In this document: in pieces, positions 1 through 9,034 of the stretch | Layout of the letters: each line of letters starts with the position of its first letter | Numbering within the stretch: the stretch's first letter is position 1 | From: Candidatus Eiseniibacteriota bacterium | GTDB lineage: Bacteria > Eisenbacteria > RBG-16-71-46 > CAZEPH01 | NCBI GenBank assembly: GCA_044229145.1 | Contig: JBGATO010000009.1 | Location: 17,312 to 81,311 of the forward strand | Length of the DNA stretch: 64,000 nucleotides | Direction of reading: 5' to 3' | Notes under the pieces: model-generated | What the model was told of the DNA's origin: nothing | Database searches by the model: none | Seen by the model: the letters and a program-made list of their open reading frames with translations, nothing else | Position numbers and translations under genes: made by a program

Positions 1-484
1 CCACCGCGCCACCGTGTACTCGGTGTCCTTGCGGCTGCTCGGCAATGCCCACGACGCCGAGGACGCCACGCAGGAAGTCTTCCTTCTGCTCCACCGTAAG
101 CTGGGCTCGTTCCGCGGCCAGTCGGCTCTCGGCACGTGGATCTACCGCCTGGCGCTGAACGTCTGCTTCTCCATCCTGCGCCGCAAGAAGCGCCGCCCCG
201 AGCCGTGGGACCCGGCGCTGATGGGCAACCTCAAGGCGCGGCCGGAAGGCACTTCCTGGAAGCCTCTCATCGAACAGGCGCTGGCCAAGCTCCCGGACGG
301 AGCGCGGTCGGTGTTCCTGCTCCACGACATCGAGGGCCTCGAGCACGAGGAAATCGGCCAAATGCTCGGCATCTCCTCGGGCACCTCGAAGTCGCAACTG
401 TTCAAGGCGCGGCAAGCGCTGCGCCGTCACCTCAGCGAGCCCCTCAACCTGGAGTCTCGTCACTGGAGCGGCAGTCATGCCTGA
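1..484 (+). CDS. ECF-type RNA polymerase sigma-70 factor (5' truncated by the window edge)
   Basis: Region 2 (DAEDATQEVF...FRGQSALGTWIYRLALN) and region 4 (EEIGQMLGISSGTSKSQLFKAR). The frame is open to the window start, and the stop overlaps the start of an anti-sigma gene. Confidence 0.9.
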   Translation, partial: HRATVYSVSLRLLGNAHDAEDATQEVFLLLHRKLGSFRGQSALGTWIYRLALNVCFSILRRKKRRPEPWDPALMGNLKARPEGTSWKPLIEQALAKLPDGARSVFLLHDIEGLEHEEIGQMLGISSGTSKSQLFKARQALRRHLSEPLNLESRHWSGSHA

Positions 485-1460
485 CACTCAGCTTCTCGAC
501 CCCCTGCCGAACCTGCCGTGCGTCAACCTGCCGTTGGTGCACGAATACGTCGACGGCACGCTCGACCCCGCGACTCAGCGTCGCGTGGCGGCCCACCTCG
601 CGGGATGCGCGGTGTGCGAGAGCGAGCGTGCCTTCGTCGTCGAACTACGCGCACAGGTCGCGGACATGCCGCGCCTGGCGCCGCCGGATCACCTCTGGGA
701 GTCCATCGCCGCCTCGCTCGGCGCCGCGTCCGACCGCGGTGACGACAGTGGCGAGGGCGATCCGCTCCCCGAGTGGGGGACCGGCACTTTTGGCGCGGAC
801 GTGGAGCCGCCGGTGCGAGCGACCCGTCGTGCCCCGCGCTGGCGGGGATGGATCGCGGGACTCTCCGTGTCGGCGGCGGCCGCCGCGGTGGTCGTTCCGA
901 CCCTGATCCAGCGGGCGCACGTGCCGGTGGTCGCCTCGCGGGATGCGGCACCGGTGACGCAGCGTGCGGCGGTCACCCCGCCGAGCACCGCGGCCGTCCT
1001 TTCGCCCGTCGCGGGGGCAGATGCGCACTCCGCGAACGCCTCGCACGGGACGCGCGCGACGACGAATGCGGCGCCGGCGCAGCTTGCCTCCGCGACGTCC
1101 TCGGACGCGCAGCCACGCACCAACCCGTTGCTCAGCGATGGCATGGTGGTGGACGGCATGATGCTCACCGGGGTGTCGCTCGACCGTTCGCTTGGCTCGC
1201 GTCAAGGGCAGCAGGCTGAGGTCGCCTTGGAACAGGAAAAGCTCTTCCAGGCCGAGGCGGCGATCGCCAGTTGCGAAGCGGCATTGCGCGAAAACCCGAA
1301 CGATCCGCGCGTGAACCAGGAGTACAAGCGCGCACTCGAAATCAAGGCGCACGCCTTGGAAGTCATCCGTGCTGCGGGCCGGTCGACCTTCTCGTCGCCG
1401 GGATCGCCCGAGGCGTACCCGGTGAGTCTGGAACCGGCGGGCTCGCCGCGCCGGTGGTAG
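477..1460 (+). CDS. Zinc-finger (zf-HC2) membrane anti-sigma factor
   Basis: HxxxCxxC motif (HLAGCAVC), one hydrophobic helix (IAGLSVSAAAAAVVVP), and overlap with the ECF sigma gene. Confidence 0.8.
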   Translation: MPDTQLLDPLPNLPCVNLPLVHEYVDGTLDPATQRRVAAHLAGCAVCESERAFVVELRAQVADMPRLAPPDHLWESIAASLGAASDRGDDSGEGDPLPEWGTGTFGADVEPPVRATRRAPRWRGWIAGLSVSAAAAAVVVPTLIQRAHVPVVASRDAAPVTQRAAVTPPSTAAVLSPVAGADAHSANASHGTRATTNAAPAQLASATSSDAQPRTNPLLSDGMVVDGMMLTGVSLDRSLGSRQGQQAEVALEQEKLFQAEAAIASCEAALRENPNDPRVNQEYKRALEIKAHALEVIRAAGRSTFSSPGSPEAYPVSLEPAGSPRRW

Positions 1461-1462
1461 AG

Positions 1463-3187
1463 ATGCAGCGGCGCCGATGGTCGGGAGTGATCGCCGGCGC
1501 GTGGAGTCTCGCGGTGGCAGGCGTGGCGTTCGCCTACGCCTCCGCCGCGGCGGACGGTCCCGCGGCTCCGGCGCCCGTGTACCACCGGGTGGTCGTCACG
1601 CGACCGGCCGTGCCGTCGCCCGCCACGCGGGATACGCTTTCGCTCGAAGCGGAGTTGGCGCGCACGCGCGCGCAGCTCGAGCGCATCAGCGAGCGGCTCG
1701 ATGCCCTCCGTTCGTCTCCGCGCACGCGCGGCAGCGCGCCTGCCCGCGCGCACGTCGTGCCGGTGCCGCCGGCGCTCCTCGATGACAGCGGAGGCACCTT
1801 CGATCTCGGATTCCTCGCGGAGTTCGCCGAATCGATCGCCACGTCCTTGCGTCGCGCATCGCCGATCGCCCCGGGTGGATTGGCCCGGCTGGACGACGCG
1901 CCGGTGCATGTGCCCAACTGCTGGTCGCCGGCGTTCGACGCGGCCACCGACGACCGGGAGTACGTCGCCCGGCGCTCGCACACCATCGCGGTGCCCGGCG
2001 GCGCGCCCATTCGCATCACGCACAGCTACGGCGATGTGAGTGTCGAGCCCAGCGACGGCGAGGAGATCGAACTCGTCGAACGCGTGTCTGTGGACTGGCA
2101 GGGCCGCGATCCCGACGCGGTCGCGCGCTACCTGGACGCACTCACCGTCTCCGCGGTGCGTCGTGGCGACTCCGTCCTGGTGTCGCTGACGCGGCCGGCG
2201 GTTCGTCCGCCGGACATTAGTCAACTCGGCCTCGACCTGGCGCTGCGGGTTCCGGCGGGGCATCCCATCGTGGTCGGGTCGTCCTACGGGGATGTCGTGC
2301 TGCGGGGGCTGACCTCGCCGCTCACCGCCCGCTCCTCCTTCGGTGATGTCGAAGTGGTGCGGACCAGTGGCCCGCTCGTCCTCGGCTGTCAGAACGGGGA
2401 CGTGGTGGTACGCCGGCACGACGGTTCGCTGGTCATCGACAATGCGAACGGCGCCGTCAACCTGGTGGACGTCAGCGGCGCCGTGTCGGTGTCCGGGCGT
2501 CTGAGCGAGGTGTTCGGGCGCATGCTCGACGGGGCCTGCACGCTCGACCTGCGGGGCGGCAGTGGTCTGGTGTCCGACATCCAGGGATCCCTGACGGTGA
2601 GTGGTGAGAAAGCGACGCTCGAAGCGCGCGACATCGAGGGGCGGGTGACCCTGACCTCGGATCTCGGAGACGTGCGGCTGACGCGCCTCCAATCCGGGGC
2701 GTCGGTCCACGTTCGCCGCGGTTCGCTCGAGGTCGAGGAAGGCGATGGCGACATCGACATCGAGGCGCGCGACGCCTTCACGCGCGTCCAGAGTCCGAGC
2801 GGGCGCCTTCACCTCAACAGCCAGCGGGGCGACGTGGTCGTCGACGCCCGCGACGGTGCTCCGCTCCATGGCCTGCGTGCAGACGTAATAGACGGTTCCG
2901 CAGTCATTTACGTCTCTCCGACGATTCCGGCCTCGGTCGAGGCGCGCGCGGTGGGGGGCCACATTCTGACCGATTTGCCCTTGGCCGTGGTCAGTGGGCC
3001 GGACGGCACACGGACGAGCGGATTCGTGGGTGGAGGCACCGTGCCACTCACGATTAACACGACATCGGGCAGTGTCTACCTGTATGCTGGCATCTCGTCA
3101 GCGCAGGCGCACGCAACACGCATCCCTCGGTTCGCACCGCGCCCGGACGCCCCTCGAGCGGTACCCGCCGTCCGTCCGGAGCGCTGA
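1463..3187 (+). CDS. Exported DUF4097-type beta-strand-repeat (adhesin-like) protein
   Basis: ATG 2 nt after the anti-sigma stop, signal/TM segment, short coiled coil, then repeated SSYGDV/SSFGDV/NANGAV/TTSGSV beta-solenoid motifs. Confidence 0.75.
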   Translation: MQRRRWSGVIAGAWSLAVAGVAFAYASAAADGPAAPAPVYHRVVVTRPAVPSPATRDTLSLEAELARTRAQLERISERLDALRSSPRTRGSAPARAHVVPVPPALLDDSGGTFDLGFLAEFAESIATSLRRASPIAPGGLARLDDAPVHVPNCWSPAFDAATDDREYVARRSHTIAVPGGAPIRITHSYGDVSVEPSDGEEIELVERVSVDWQGRDPDAVARYLDALTVSAVRRGDSVLVSLTRPAVRPPDISQLGLDLALRVPAGHPIVVGSSYGDVVLRGLTSPLTARSSFGDVEVVRTSGPLVLGCQNGDVVVRRHDGSLVIDNANGAVNLVDVSGAVSVSGRLSEVFGRMLDGACTLDLRGGSGLVSDIQGSLTVSGEKATLEARDIEGRVTLTSDLGDVRLTRLQSGASVHVRRGSLEVEEGDGDIDIEARDAFTRVQSPSGRLHLNSQRGDVVVDARDGAPLHGLRADVIDGSAVIYVSPTIPASVEARAVGGHILTDLPLAVVSGPDGTRTSGFVGGGTVPLTINTTSGSVYLYAGISSAQAHATRIPRFAPRPDAPRAVPAVRPER

Positions 3188-3317
3188 CTCGTCCGCCGCC
3201 TGAGGTCTCTCGAAGTACTCCTCAGGGTGGGCGCGTCCTCCCCGAACGACGGGCCGCCATCCCGCGTCGCAGTGCTGGGTTATTTACAGCATCGTGCATG
3301 ACATCGTGCTAAGCCGC

Positions 3318-3347
3318 TTGCCGGTTCGCTGGGCGATCAGGTAGACT
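3318..3347 (+). promoter_or_regulatory. Putative sigma70 promoter for the secreted TWG-tail protein
   Basis: TTGCCG-N18-TAGACT. A CATCGTGC direct repeat (3290-3297, 3302-3309) lies just upstream. Confidence 0.45.
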
Positions 3348-3477
3348 AGGTGAGTACTCGACAGGAGAGACAGGTCCCACGCGTGGGACGATGACCTCTG
3401 CCTCCCGATCTCTGGTCCACTCGCTCCTCTAGACCGCCAGCTCCTCTACGACGGACTTCCCAGAAGGAGACAGCTAC

Positions 3478-4131
3478 ATGCGTTTTGCTGTGGTCGCGTT
3501 GCTCGTATTGCTCTGCGTCGCGGGTGTGACTCAGGCGCAGGCCAACGACTTCCTGTACAACTACCACGGGAACGTGTGGGAGGTGGGTGCGTTCGGCTCG
3601 TTGGGCAGCACCGCCTACGCCGTCGGCGAAGTCGACAGTATCGCACCGTTCCTCACGCAGGGTTCGGGCTGCACCTGGACCTTCTACTTGTCGAACCTCG
3701 TCGCGCAGAGCGTGTCGGTGAACGGCAACAAGGTCACCGTCTGCTACACGGGCGGCACCATCGAGGTGCACGAGGACTGCCTGAACTCCCCGGCGTCCTG
3801 CTACGGCACCACTACGCCGCCGAACGACTGCGCCCCGAGCACCTTCACCGACGGCCCGACCGTGCTCCTCGGCGACATGTCGAACTTCTGCATCGTGCAG
3901 AACATCTCGACGCAGCAGGGGACGTTCTCCGGCGATGTCAACTTTACCGGTGGGACGCTGCTCAGCAGCCTCCCGACGCGGAGCGGCTGGACCTTTGGTG
4001 CGGACTTCAACCGCTTCGCGAACCAGGGCTACCAGCACTACGCCATCGGAAAGGTGGAGTTGCTGCCGGTCACGCCGGTGCGCCCGTCCACGTGGGGCTC
4101 GATCAAGTCGCTGTACACCACGACGCAGTAA
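3478..4131 (+). CDS. Secreted Cys-containing beta-rich protein with C-terminal TWGSIKSLY motif
   Basis: AAGGAG RBS, signal peptide (MRFAVVALLVLLCVAGVTQAQA), coding-like codon bias, own terminator. Confidence 0.85.
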   Translation: MRFAVVALLVLLCVAGVTQAQANDFLYNYHGNVWEVGAFGSLGSTAYAVGEVDSIAPFLTQGSGCTWTFYLSNLVAQSVSVNGNKVTVCYTGGTIEVHEDCLNSPASCYGTTTPPNDCAPSTFTDGPTVLLGDMSNFCIVQNISTQQGTFSGDVNFTGGTLLSSLPTRSGWTFGADFNRFANQGYQHYAIGKVELLPVTPVRPSTWGSIKSLYTTTQ

Positions 4132-4178
4132 CCGTCGTCCCGGGTGGGGAGCGCATCGCGCTCCCTCCAACCACGCGG

Positions 4179-4216
4179 AAGAGGCCGCGAGCTCAGGCTC
4201 GCGGCCTCTTTCATTT
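4179..4216. terminator. Bidirectional intrinsic terminator
   Basis: AAGAGGCCGCGAGC-TCAG-GCTCGCGGCCTCTT followed by TCATTT, between convergent genes. Confidence 0.75.
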
Positions 4217-5419
4217 GCCGCGGGGGAGTTCCGCGAGCACGCGGCGGTAGAAGGCCAGCGTGCGGTCGACCACTCCGCGAAGCCGGAAGCGTGCCTCGGC
4301 CTCGGAGCGCGCCGCACTGCCGAGGGCGGCCGCGTGAGACGCGTCGCCCAGGACGCGGGTGAGGGCTCGCGCGAGGGGCGCCACGGCACTGGGATCGACG
4401 AGATAGCCGGTGCGGCCCTCGTCGACCAAGCCGGGAATGCCGCCGACGCGGGTTGCGATCACCGCGCGCCCGGCGGCCATCGCCTGTTGCACCGCCACTG
4501 GCAACGTCTCTCGAAGAGAGGGCAGCACGAGCACCTGGCAGCGTGCGTATTCCGCGAGCATCTGCTCGTCGCTCAGGTACCCGAGCAAGTGCACGCGATC
4601 CGCAAGCCCCCGCGACCCGATCGCCGCGCGAAGCGTCTCGGCGAACGGCGCGTCGAACAGCGTGCCCCCGATGCGCAGTTGCGCCTCCGGGAGTGCGCGT
4701 GCGACCTCCGCGAACGCCTCCACCGCGACATCGACACCCTTGAGCGGCGTGACTGCGCCGACGAACAAGGCCGTGCGCGTCTCCGCCATGTCCGGCACGT
4801 CGAAATACGGATCGAGCACCGGATTCTCGAGGGACTCGACGACGAGGTCGCGCGGCAGCAGCGCGCGGTATTCCTCGAGCACGAAAGGCGAACACGCTGC
4901 GAGGTAGCGCAGCCGCGGCAGACACGCGCGCTCGAGACGCTCCATCTGGAGCAGCCGCACGCGGTCCCACAGCGTGCGCAGCAGGATACGCACTTCGAGC
5001 GCGGCGATGCCGTGAATGACGCCGACCGTCGGGATGCCGCTCCGCAACGCCCCGAGCATCGGCGCATCGATCGCGTGCGCGTGGACGATGTCCGGCTGGA
5101 TGCGCCGGAGGGCCGCGGTGATGCGCGCGGGGTCGAGTTCGGTGACGCGAAGCACGAAGGGAAGCCGGGCCGCGGCGCGCAACAGATGCACCGTCATCCC
5201 CGGGCGCTGCTGCACCTCGTCGGGACCACCATCGCGTCGCACCGCAAGGACGTGGAGCTCGACGTCCGGCCGCCGCGCAAGTTCGCCAGCGAGCGCCGTC
5301 ATGACGGCTTCGATACCGCCAACCATGCGATCCGGCGACGCCGGGAAGGCGCCGGCCAGCACCACGCGCAGGCGGCGTGGTGCGGCAGACGGGTCGGGGG
5401 ACAGCGGGGCAGGAGTCAC
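4211..5419 (-). CDS. Glycosyltransferase family 4 (GT-B)
   Basis: GGIE, PDIVHAH, FVGAVTPLKG, LVLPSLRETLPVAVQQAMAAGRAVIATRVGGIP motifs. Confidence 0.9.
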   Translation of the reverse strand: MTPAPLSPDPSAAPRRLRVVLAGAFPASPDRMVGGIEAVMTALAGELARRPDVELHVLAVRRDGGPDEVQQRPGMTVHLLRAAARLPFVLRVTELDPARITAALRRIQPDIVHAHAIDAPMLGALRSGIPTVGVIHGIAALEVRILLRTLWDRVRLLQMERLERACLPRLRYLAACSPFVLEEYRALLPRDLVVESLENPVLDPYFDVPDMAETRTALFVGAVTPLKGVDVAVEAFAEVARALPEAQLRIGGTLFDAPFAETLRAAIGSRGLADRVHLLGYLSDEQMLAEYARCQVLVLPSLRETLPVAVQQAMAAGRAVIATRVGGIPGLVDEGRTGYLVDPSAVAPLARALTRVLGDASHAAALGSAARSEAEARFRLRGVVDRTLAFYRRVLAELPRGK

Positions 5420-5427
5420 GGCCGGGC

Positions 5428-5481
5428 ACTATACCACGGGACCTTCCGCTCGTTGACACCGCCGGAGGTGGCCCGTAGGCT
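5428..5481. promoter_or_regulatory. Divergent sigma70 promoters (GT4 and dapL operon)
   Basis: Plus strand: TTGACA(5453)-N17-TAGGCT(5476). Minus strand: extended -10 TGGTATAGT (5436-5428), 8 nt before the GTG. Confidence 0.65.
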
Positions 5482-5491
5482 CGCGCGCGCC

Positions 5492-6688
5492 ATGAGACCA
5501 TTCGCGCGCGCCCACCGGCTGGACGTCCTGCCGCCGTATCTCTTCGTCGAAATCGACCGCTTGAAGCGCGAGGCACTCGCGCGCGGTCAGGACGTGATCG
5601 ACCTCGGGGTCGGCGATCCCGACATGCCGACGCCGCAGCCGATCATCGAGGCGCTGGCGCAGGCCGCGCACGATGCACGTCATCACCAATATCCGCCGAG
5701 CAACGGCCTCGCGGAGCTTCGCGAGGAGATCGCGCGCTGGTTCCACGCGCGCTTCGGCGTCCAGCTCGATCCAGCCAGCGAGATCCTGCCGATCATCGGG
5801 TCGAAGGAAGCGCTGGGGCACACGCCGCTCGCCATGATCGATCCCGGCGACCGCGTGCTGGTGCCGGACCCCGGCTATCCGGTGTATCGCAGCGGCACCA
5901 TCTTCGCCGGCGGCGAGCCGGTGACGCTGCCGCTCACCGCGGCGCGCGGCTTCCTGCCGGCGCTCGACGCGCTGACGGCCGCCGATCTCGCCGGCACCAA
6001 GCTCATGTTCCTCAACTATCCGAACAACCCGACCGCCGCGTGCGCCGACCCCGCGTTCTTCGAGGACGTCGTGCGCTTCGCGGATCGACACGGGGTGTTC
6101 GTGATCAACGACTGCGCGTACAGCGAGACGACTTTCGACGGCTTCCGCGCCCCGAGTCTGATGCAGATCCCCGGCGGCAAGGACGTCGGCATCGAACTGC
6201 ACTCGCTGTCGAAGACCTTCAACATGACAGGCTGGCGCATCGGATTCGCGGTGGGCAACGCGGAGATGCTGAAGGCGCTGCATGCGATCAAGTCGAACCT
6301 CGACTCCGGCCAATTCGGCGCGATCCAGATGGCGGCGATCACGGCGTTGCGGTTGCCGGCGTCGGTGCCGCAGCAGATCGTCGACACATACAAGGCGCGC
6401 CGCGATGTGACGGTGGCGGCCCTACGTGAGGCTGGCTGTCCCGTGGAAGCGCCGCGCGGGACGTTCTTCGTGTGGGCACCTGTCCCTGCCGGTACCGATT
6501 CGATGGCGTTCGTCCAGCGTGTGCTGACGGAGACCGGCGTGGTGATGACTCCGGGCGTCGGCTTCGGCGCGCACGGCGAAGGATTCTTCCGCATCTCCTG
6601 CACGAAGGACGTCGACCGCATGCGCGAGGCGGGACGCCGGCTCGCCGCGTTGGCGCCGTGGTCCGGCGCGGCGCACCCGTCGGCGTAG
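5492..6688 (+). CDS. dapL: LL-diaminopimelate aminotransferase (PLP class I/II)
   Basis: LPPYLF, DLGVGDPD, GSKE, LNYPNNPT, DCAY, SLSKTFNMTGWRIG. The true start is the ATG at 5492 inside the longer 3935 ORF. Confidence 0.85.
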   Translation: MRPFARAHRLDVLPPYLFVEIDRLKREALARGQDVIDLGVGDPDMPTPQPIIEALAQAAHDARHHQYPPSNGLAELREEIARWFHARFGVQLDPASEILPIIGSKEALGHTPLAMIDPGDRVLVPDPGYPVYRSGTIFAGGEPVTLPLTAARGFLPALDALTAADLAGTKLMFLNYPNNPTAACADPAFFEDVVRFADRHGVFVINDCAYSETTFDGFRAPSLMQIPGGKDVGIELHSLSKTFNMTGWRIGFAVGNAEMLKALHAIKSNLDSGQFGAIQMAAITALRLPASVPQQIVDTYKARRDVTVAALREAGCPVEAPRGTFFVWAPVPAGTDSMAFVQRVLTETGVVMTPGVGFGAHGEGFFRISCTKDVDRMREAGRRLAALAPWSGAAHPSA

Positions 6689-6698
6689 GCGCGCGACG

Positions 6699-7073
6699 AT
6701 GACCGCCACCGGCGAGCGCGTGCCGACTGTCGTGCGGCTCAAGAACGTCGTACTGTTCGGGCATCACGGCGTGAGCGCGGCGGAACGCGAGGTCGGGACC
6801 CGCATCGAGGTCGATGTCGAGATGCGCGTGTTGGTGGATCCGCGCGATAGTTTGTCGAGCACCGTCGACTACTCCGCGGTGTTCCGCACCGTCGAGCAAG
6901 TCGTCACGCATCGGCACTTCCAGCTGCTCGAGTCGCTTGGCGCCGCGATTCGTGACGCCGTGCTCGCGGAGTTCGCCGCGGAGCAGGTCGCGGTGCGCGT
7001 GCGCAAACCCAACGTGCCGTTCCCGGGCGGCGACAGTTACGCGGAGATCGAGGTCGGCACGTGCAGTCTCTAG
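6699..7073 (+). CDS. folB: Dihydroneopterin aldolase
   Basis: FGHHGVSAAERE, TVDY, FQLLESL, VRKP; directly upstream of folK. Confidence 0.92.
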   Translation: MTATGERVPTVVRLKNVVLFGHHGVSAAEREVGTRIEVDVEMRVLVDPRDSLSSTVDYSAVFRTVEQVVTHRHFQLLESLGAAIRDAVLAEFAAEQVAVRVRKPNVPFPGGDSYAEIEVGTCSL

Positions 7074-7576
7074 GCCACACGGCGTTTCTCAGTCTCGGCT
7101 CGAACATGGGCGACCGCCGCGCGGCGCTCGAGGCCGCGCTCGCGCAGTTGCGCGCGATGCCGGAGACCGAGGTCGTGGCGGTGTCGTCGCTCTACGACAC
7201 CGCGCCGGTGGGCGAGACCGCGCAAGAGCGCTTCCTCAATCTCGTCGTCGAGATCGACACCGCTCTGGCGCCGCCGCAAGTGCTCTGGCACTGCATGTTG
7301 ATCGAACAGCGGCTCGGACGTGTGCGGACGCGGCGCTGGGCGCCGCGCCCCATCGACGTCGACATCCTGCTGTACGACGACTGGGTCGTGCATGAGGAAG
7401 GGCTGAGCATTCCGCATCCTGAGATGGTGCGCCGCGCCTTCGTCCTGGTGCCGCTGTGCGAACTGGCGCCCGAAGTCGTGCATCCCGAGACCGGTCTCAC
7501 CGTGCTGCAACATCTTCGCGCGCTCGATGGCGATGCCGACCACGACGTCGTGCACCAAGGACGGGTGACGCCGTGA
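7061..7576 (+). CDS. folK: 2-amino-4-hydroxy-6-hydroxymethyldihydropteridine diphosphokinase
   Basis: LSLGSNMGD, RWAPRPIDVDIL, IPHP, RAFVLVPL. Confidence 0.95.
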   Translation: MQSLGHTAFLSLGSNMGDRRAALEAALAQLRAMPETEVVAVSSLYDTAPVGETAQERFLNLVVEIDTALAPPQVLWHCMLIEQRLGRVRTRRWAPRPIDVDILLYDDWVVHEEGLSIPHPEMVRRAFVLVPLCELAPEVVHPETGLTVLQHLRALDGDADHDVVHQGRVTP

Positions 7577-8232
7577 GCGGCCGGCTTGGCTACCTGGCCA
7601 TCGAAGGCGCGATCGGCGCCGGAAAGGCGGCGCTGGCGAAAGCCCTCGCGCCGCGGCTCAACGCGCGGCTGGTGCTCGAAGAACCGAGCGCGAATCCGTT
7701 CCTGCACGATTTCTACGACGACCGCGTCCGGTGGGCGCTGCACACGCAGCTCGCGTTCCTGCTCTCGCGTCACCAGGCCTTGACGCCGATCGCCGCCGCG
7801 GAGGAAGAACGAAATCGGACGCTGATCACCGACTTCTTCGTCGCCAAGGACAAGATCTTCGCGCGCGCGACGCTCGACGAGCGCGAGCTGACGCTGTACG
7901 AGGAGATCGCCGGCGAACTGCGCATGAGCGGGCCGACACCGGATCTCGTCATCTACTTGCAGGCATCGACCGATCTGCTCCAACGGCATCTCGCCACCAC
8001 GCGCCGCGCCGGCGAGCGCGAGATCCCGCGCGACTACCTCGACGCCTTGAACGAGGCGTACAACCATTTCTTCTTCCACTTCACCGATGCGCCTCTGTTG
8101 GTGATCAACGTCAATGAGGTCGATCCGGTCGAATCGCCGGGCGAACTCGACGCGATCCTCGAGCGCATCGGCGCACATCCCGGCGGGACGGTCTTCTATT
8201 CGCCGGCACGGGGGGTACGTGACGCCGGATAA
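7573..8232 (+). CDS. Deoxynucleoside kinase family protein (atypical Walker A)
   Basis: IAIEG-like start YLAIEGAIGAGK, LEEPSANPFLHDFY, QLAFLLSR, PDLVIYLQA; usual position between folK and panB. Confidence 0.85.
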   Translation: MSGRLGYLAIEGAIGAGKAALAKALAPRLNARLVLEEPSANPFLHDFYDDRVRWALHTQLAFLLSRHQALTPIAAAEEERNRTLITDFFVAKDKIFARATLDERELTLYEEIAGELRMSGPTPDLVIYLQASTDLLQRHLATTRRAGEREIPRDYLDALNEAYNHFFFHFTDAPLLVINVNEVDPVESPGELDAILERIGAHPGGTVFYSPARGVRDAG

Positions 8233-9025
8233 GATCACGCCGCAGGTGCTGCGCGCGATGAAGAAGCGCAAAGAGGCGATCGCCGCGATCACCGCCTACG
8301 ATTGCCCGACCGCCGACCACGTCGATGCGGCTGGCGCGGAGGTAATCCTGGTCGGCGATAGTCTCGGCATGGTGGTGCTCGGCTTCGACAGCACGCTGCC
8401 GGTGACGCTCGAGCACATGATCCACCACACCAGCGCGGTGACACGGCGCAAGCGGCGCGCGCTGGTGGTGGCCGACATGCCGTGGCTCACCTTCCACACG
8501 GGTCCGCGCGACACCATCCTCAACGCCGGCCGCCTGGTGAAGGAGACCGGCTGCGACGCGGTGAAGCTCGAAGGCGGCGTGCGGATTGCCGAGACATTGC
8601 GGGCGGTGGTGGAGGCGCAGATTCCGGTCATGGGGCACGTCGGACTGACGCCGCAGTCGGTGCTGGCGTTCGGCGGCTACAAAGTCCAGGGCAAGAGCGA
8701 CGCGGCGGCGCAGCGCGTGCTCGACGACGCCAAGGCGTGCGAGGACGCCGGCTGCTTCGCGCTCGTGCTCGAAGGCCTTCCCAGCACGCTCGGGCGCGCG
8801 GTGACCGAGGCGGTGAGCATTCCGACCATCGGCATCGGAGCGGGTGCGGAGTGCGATGGGCAGATCCTCGTCGTGCACGACATGCTCGGACTGTACGGCG
8901 ACCTCCGTCCGAAGTTCGTCAAGCGCTACGCCGAGATCGGCGAGGCGATGCGGGATGCCACGCGGGAGTACATCCGCGAGGTCAAGGAACGCGCGTTCCC
9001 GGCGCCCGAACACACGTACGACTAG
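8219..9025 (+). CDS. panB: 3-methyl-2-oxobutanoate hydroxymethyltransferase
   Basis: TAYD, LVGDSLGM, VKLEGG, GHVGLTPQS, TIGIGAG, DGQILV. Confidence 0.96.
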   Translation: MTPDKITPQVLRAMKKRKEAIAAITAYDCPTADHVDAAGAEVILVGDSLGMVVLGFDSTLPVTLEHMIHHTSAVTRRKRRALVVADMPWLTFHTGPRDTILNAGRLVKETGCDAVKLEGGVRIAETLRAVVEAQIPVMGHVGLTPQSVLAFGGYKVQGKSDAAAQRVLDDAKACEDAGCFALVLEGLPSTLGRAVTEAVSIPTIGIGAGAECDGQILVVHDMLGLYGDLRPKFVKRYAEIGEAMRDATREYIREVKERAFPAPEHTYD

Positions 9026-9034
9026 TCCGCCGAG

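Noticed and set aside
3358..3420. Glycine riboswitch suggested by ACAGGAGAGA
   Set aside because: The downstream CCGAAG and CTCTCAGG elements are absent, and the gene context does not fit.
3935..5491. 917-aa ORF suggesting a long N-terminal fusion on DapL
   Set aside because: The extension is the antisense shadow of the GT4 gene; a promoter and ATG at 5492 define the real start.
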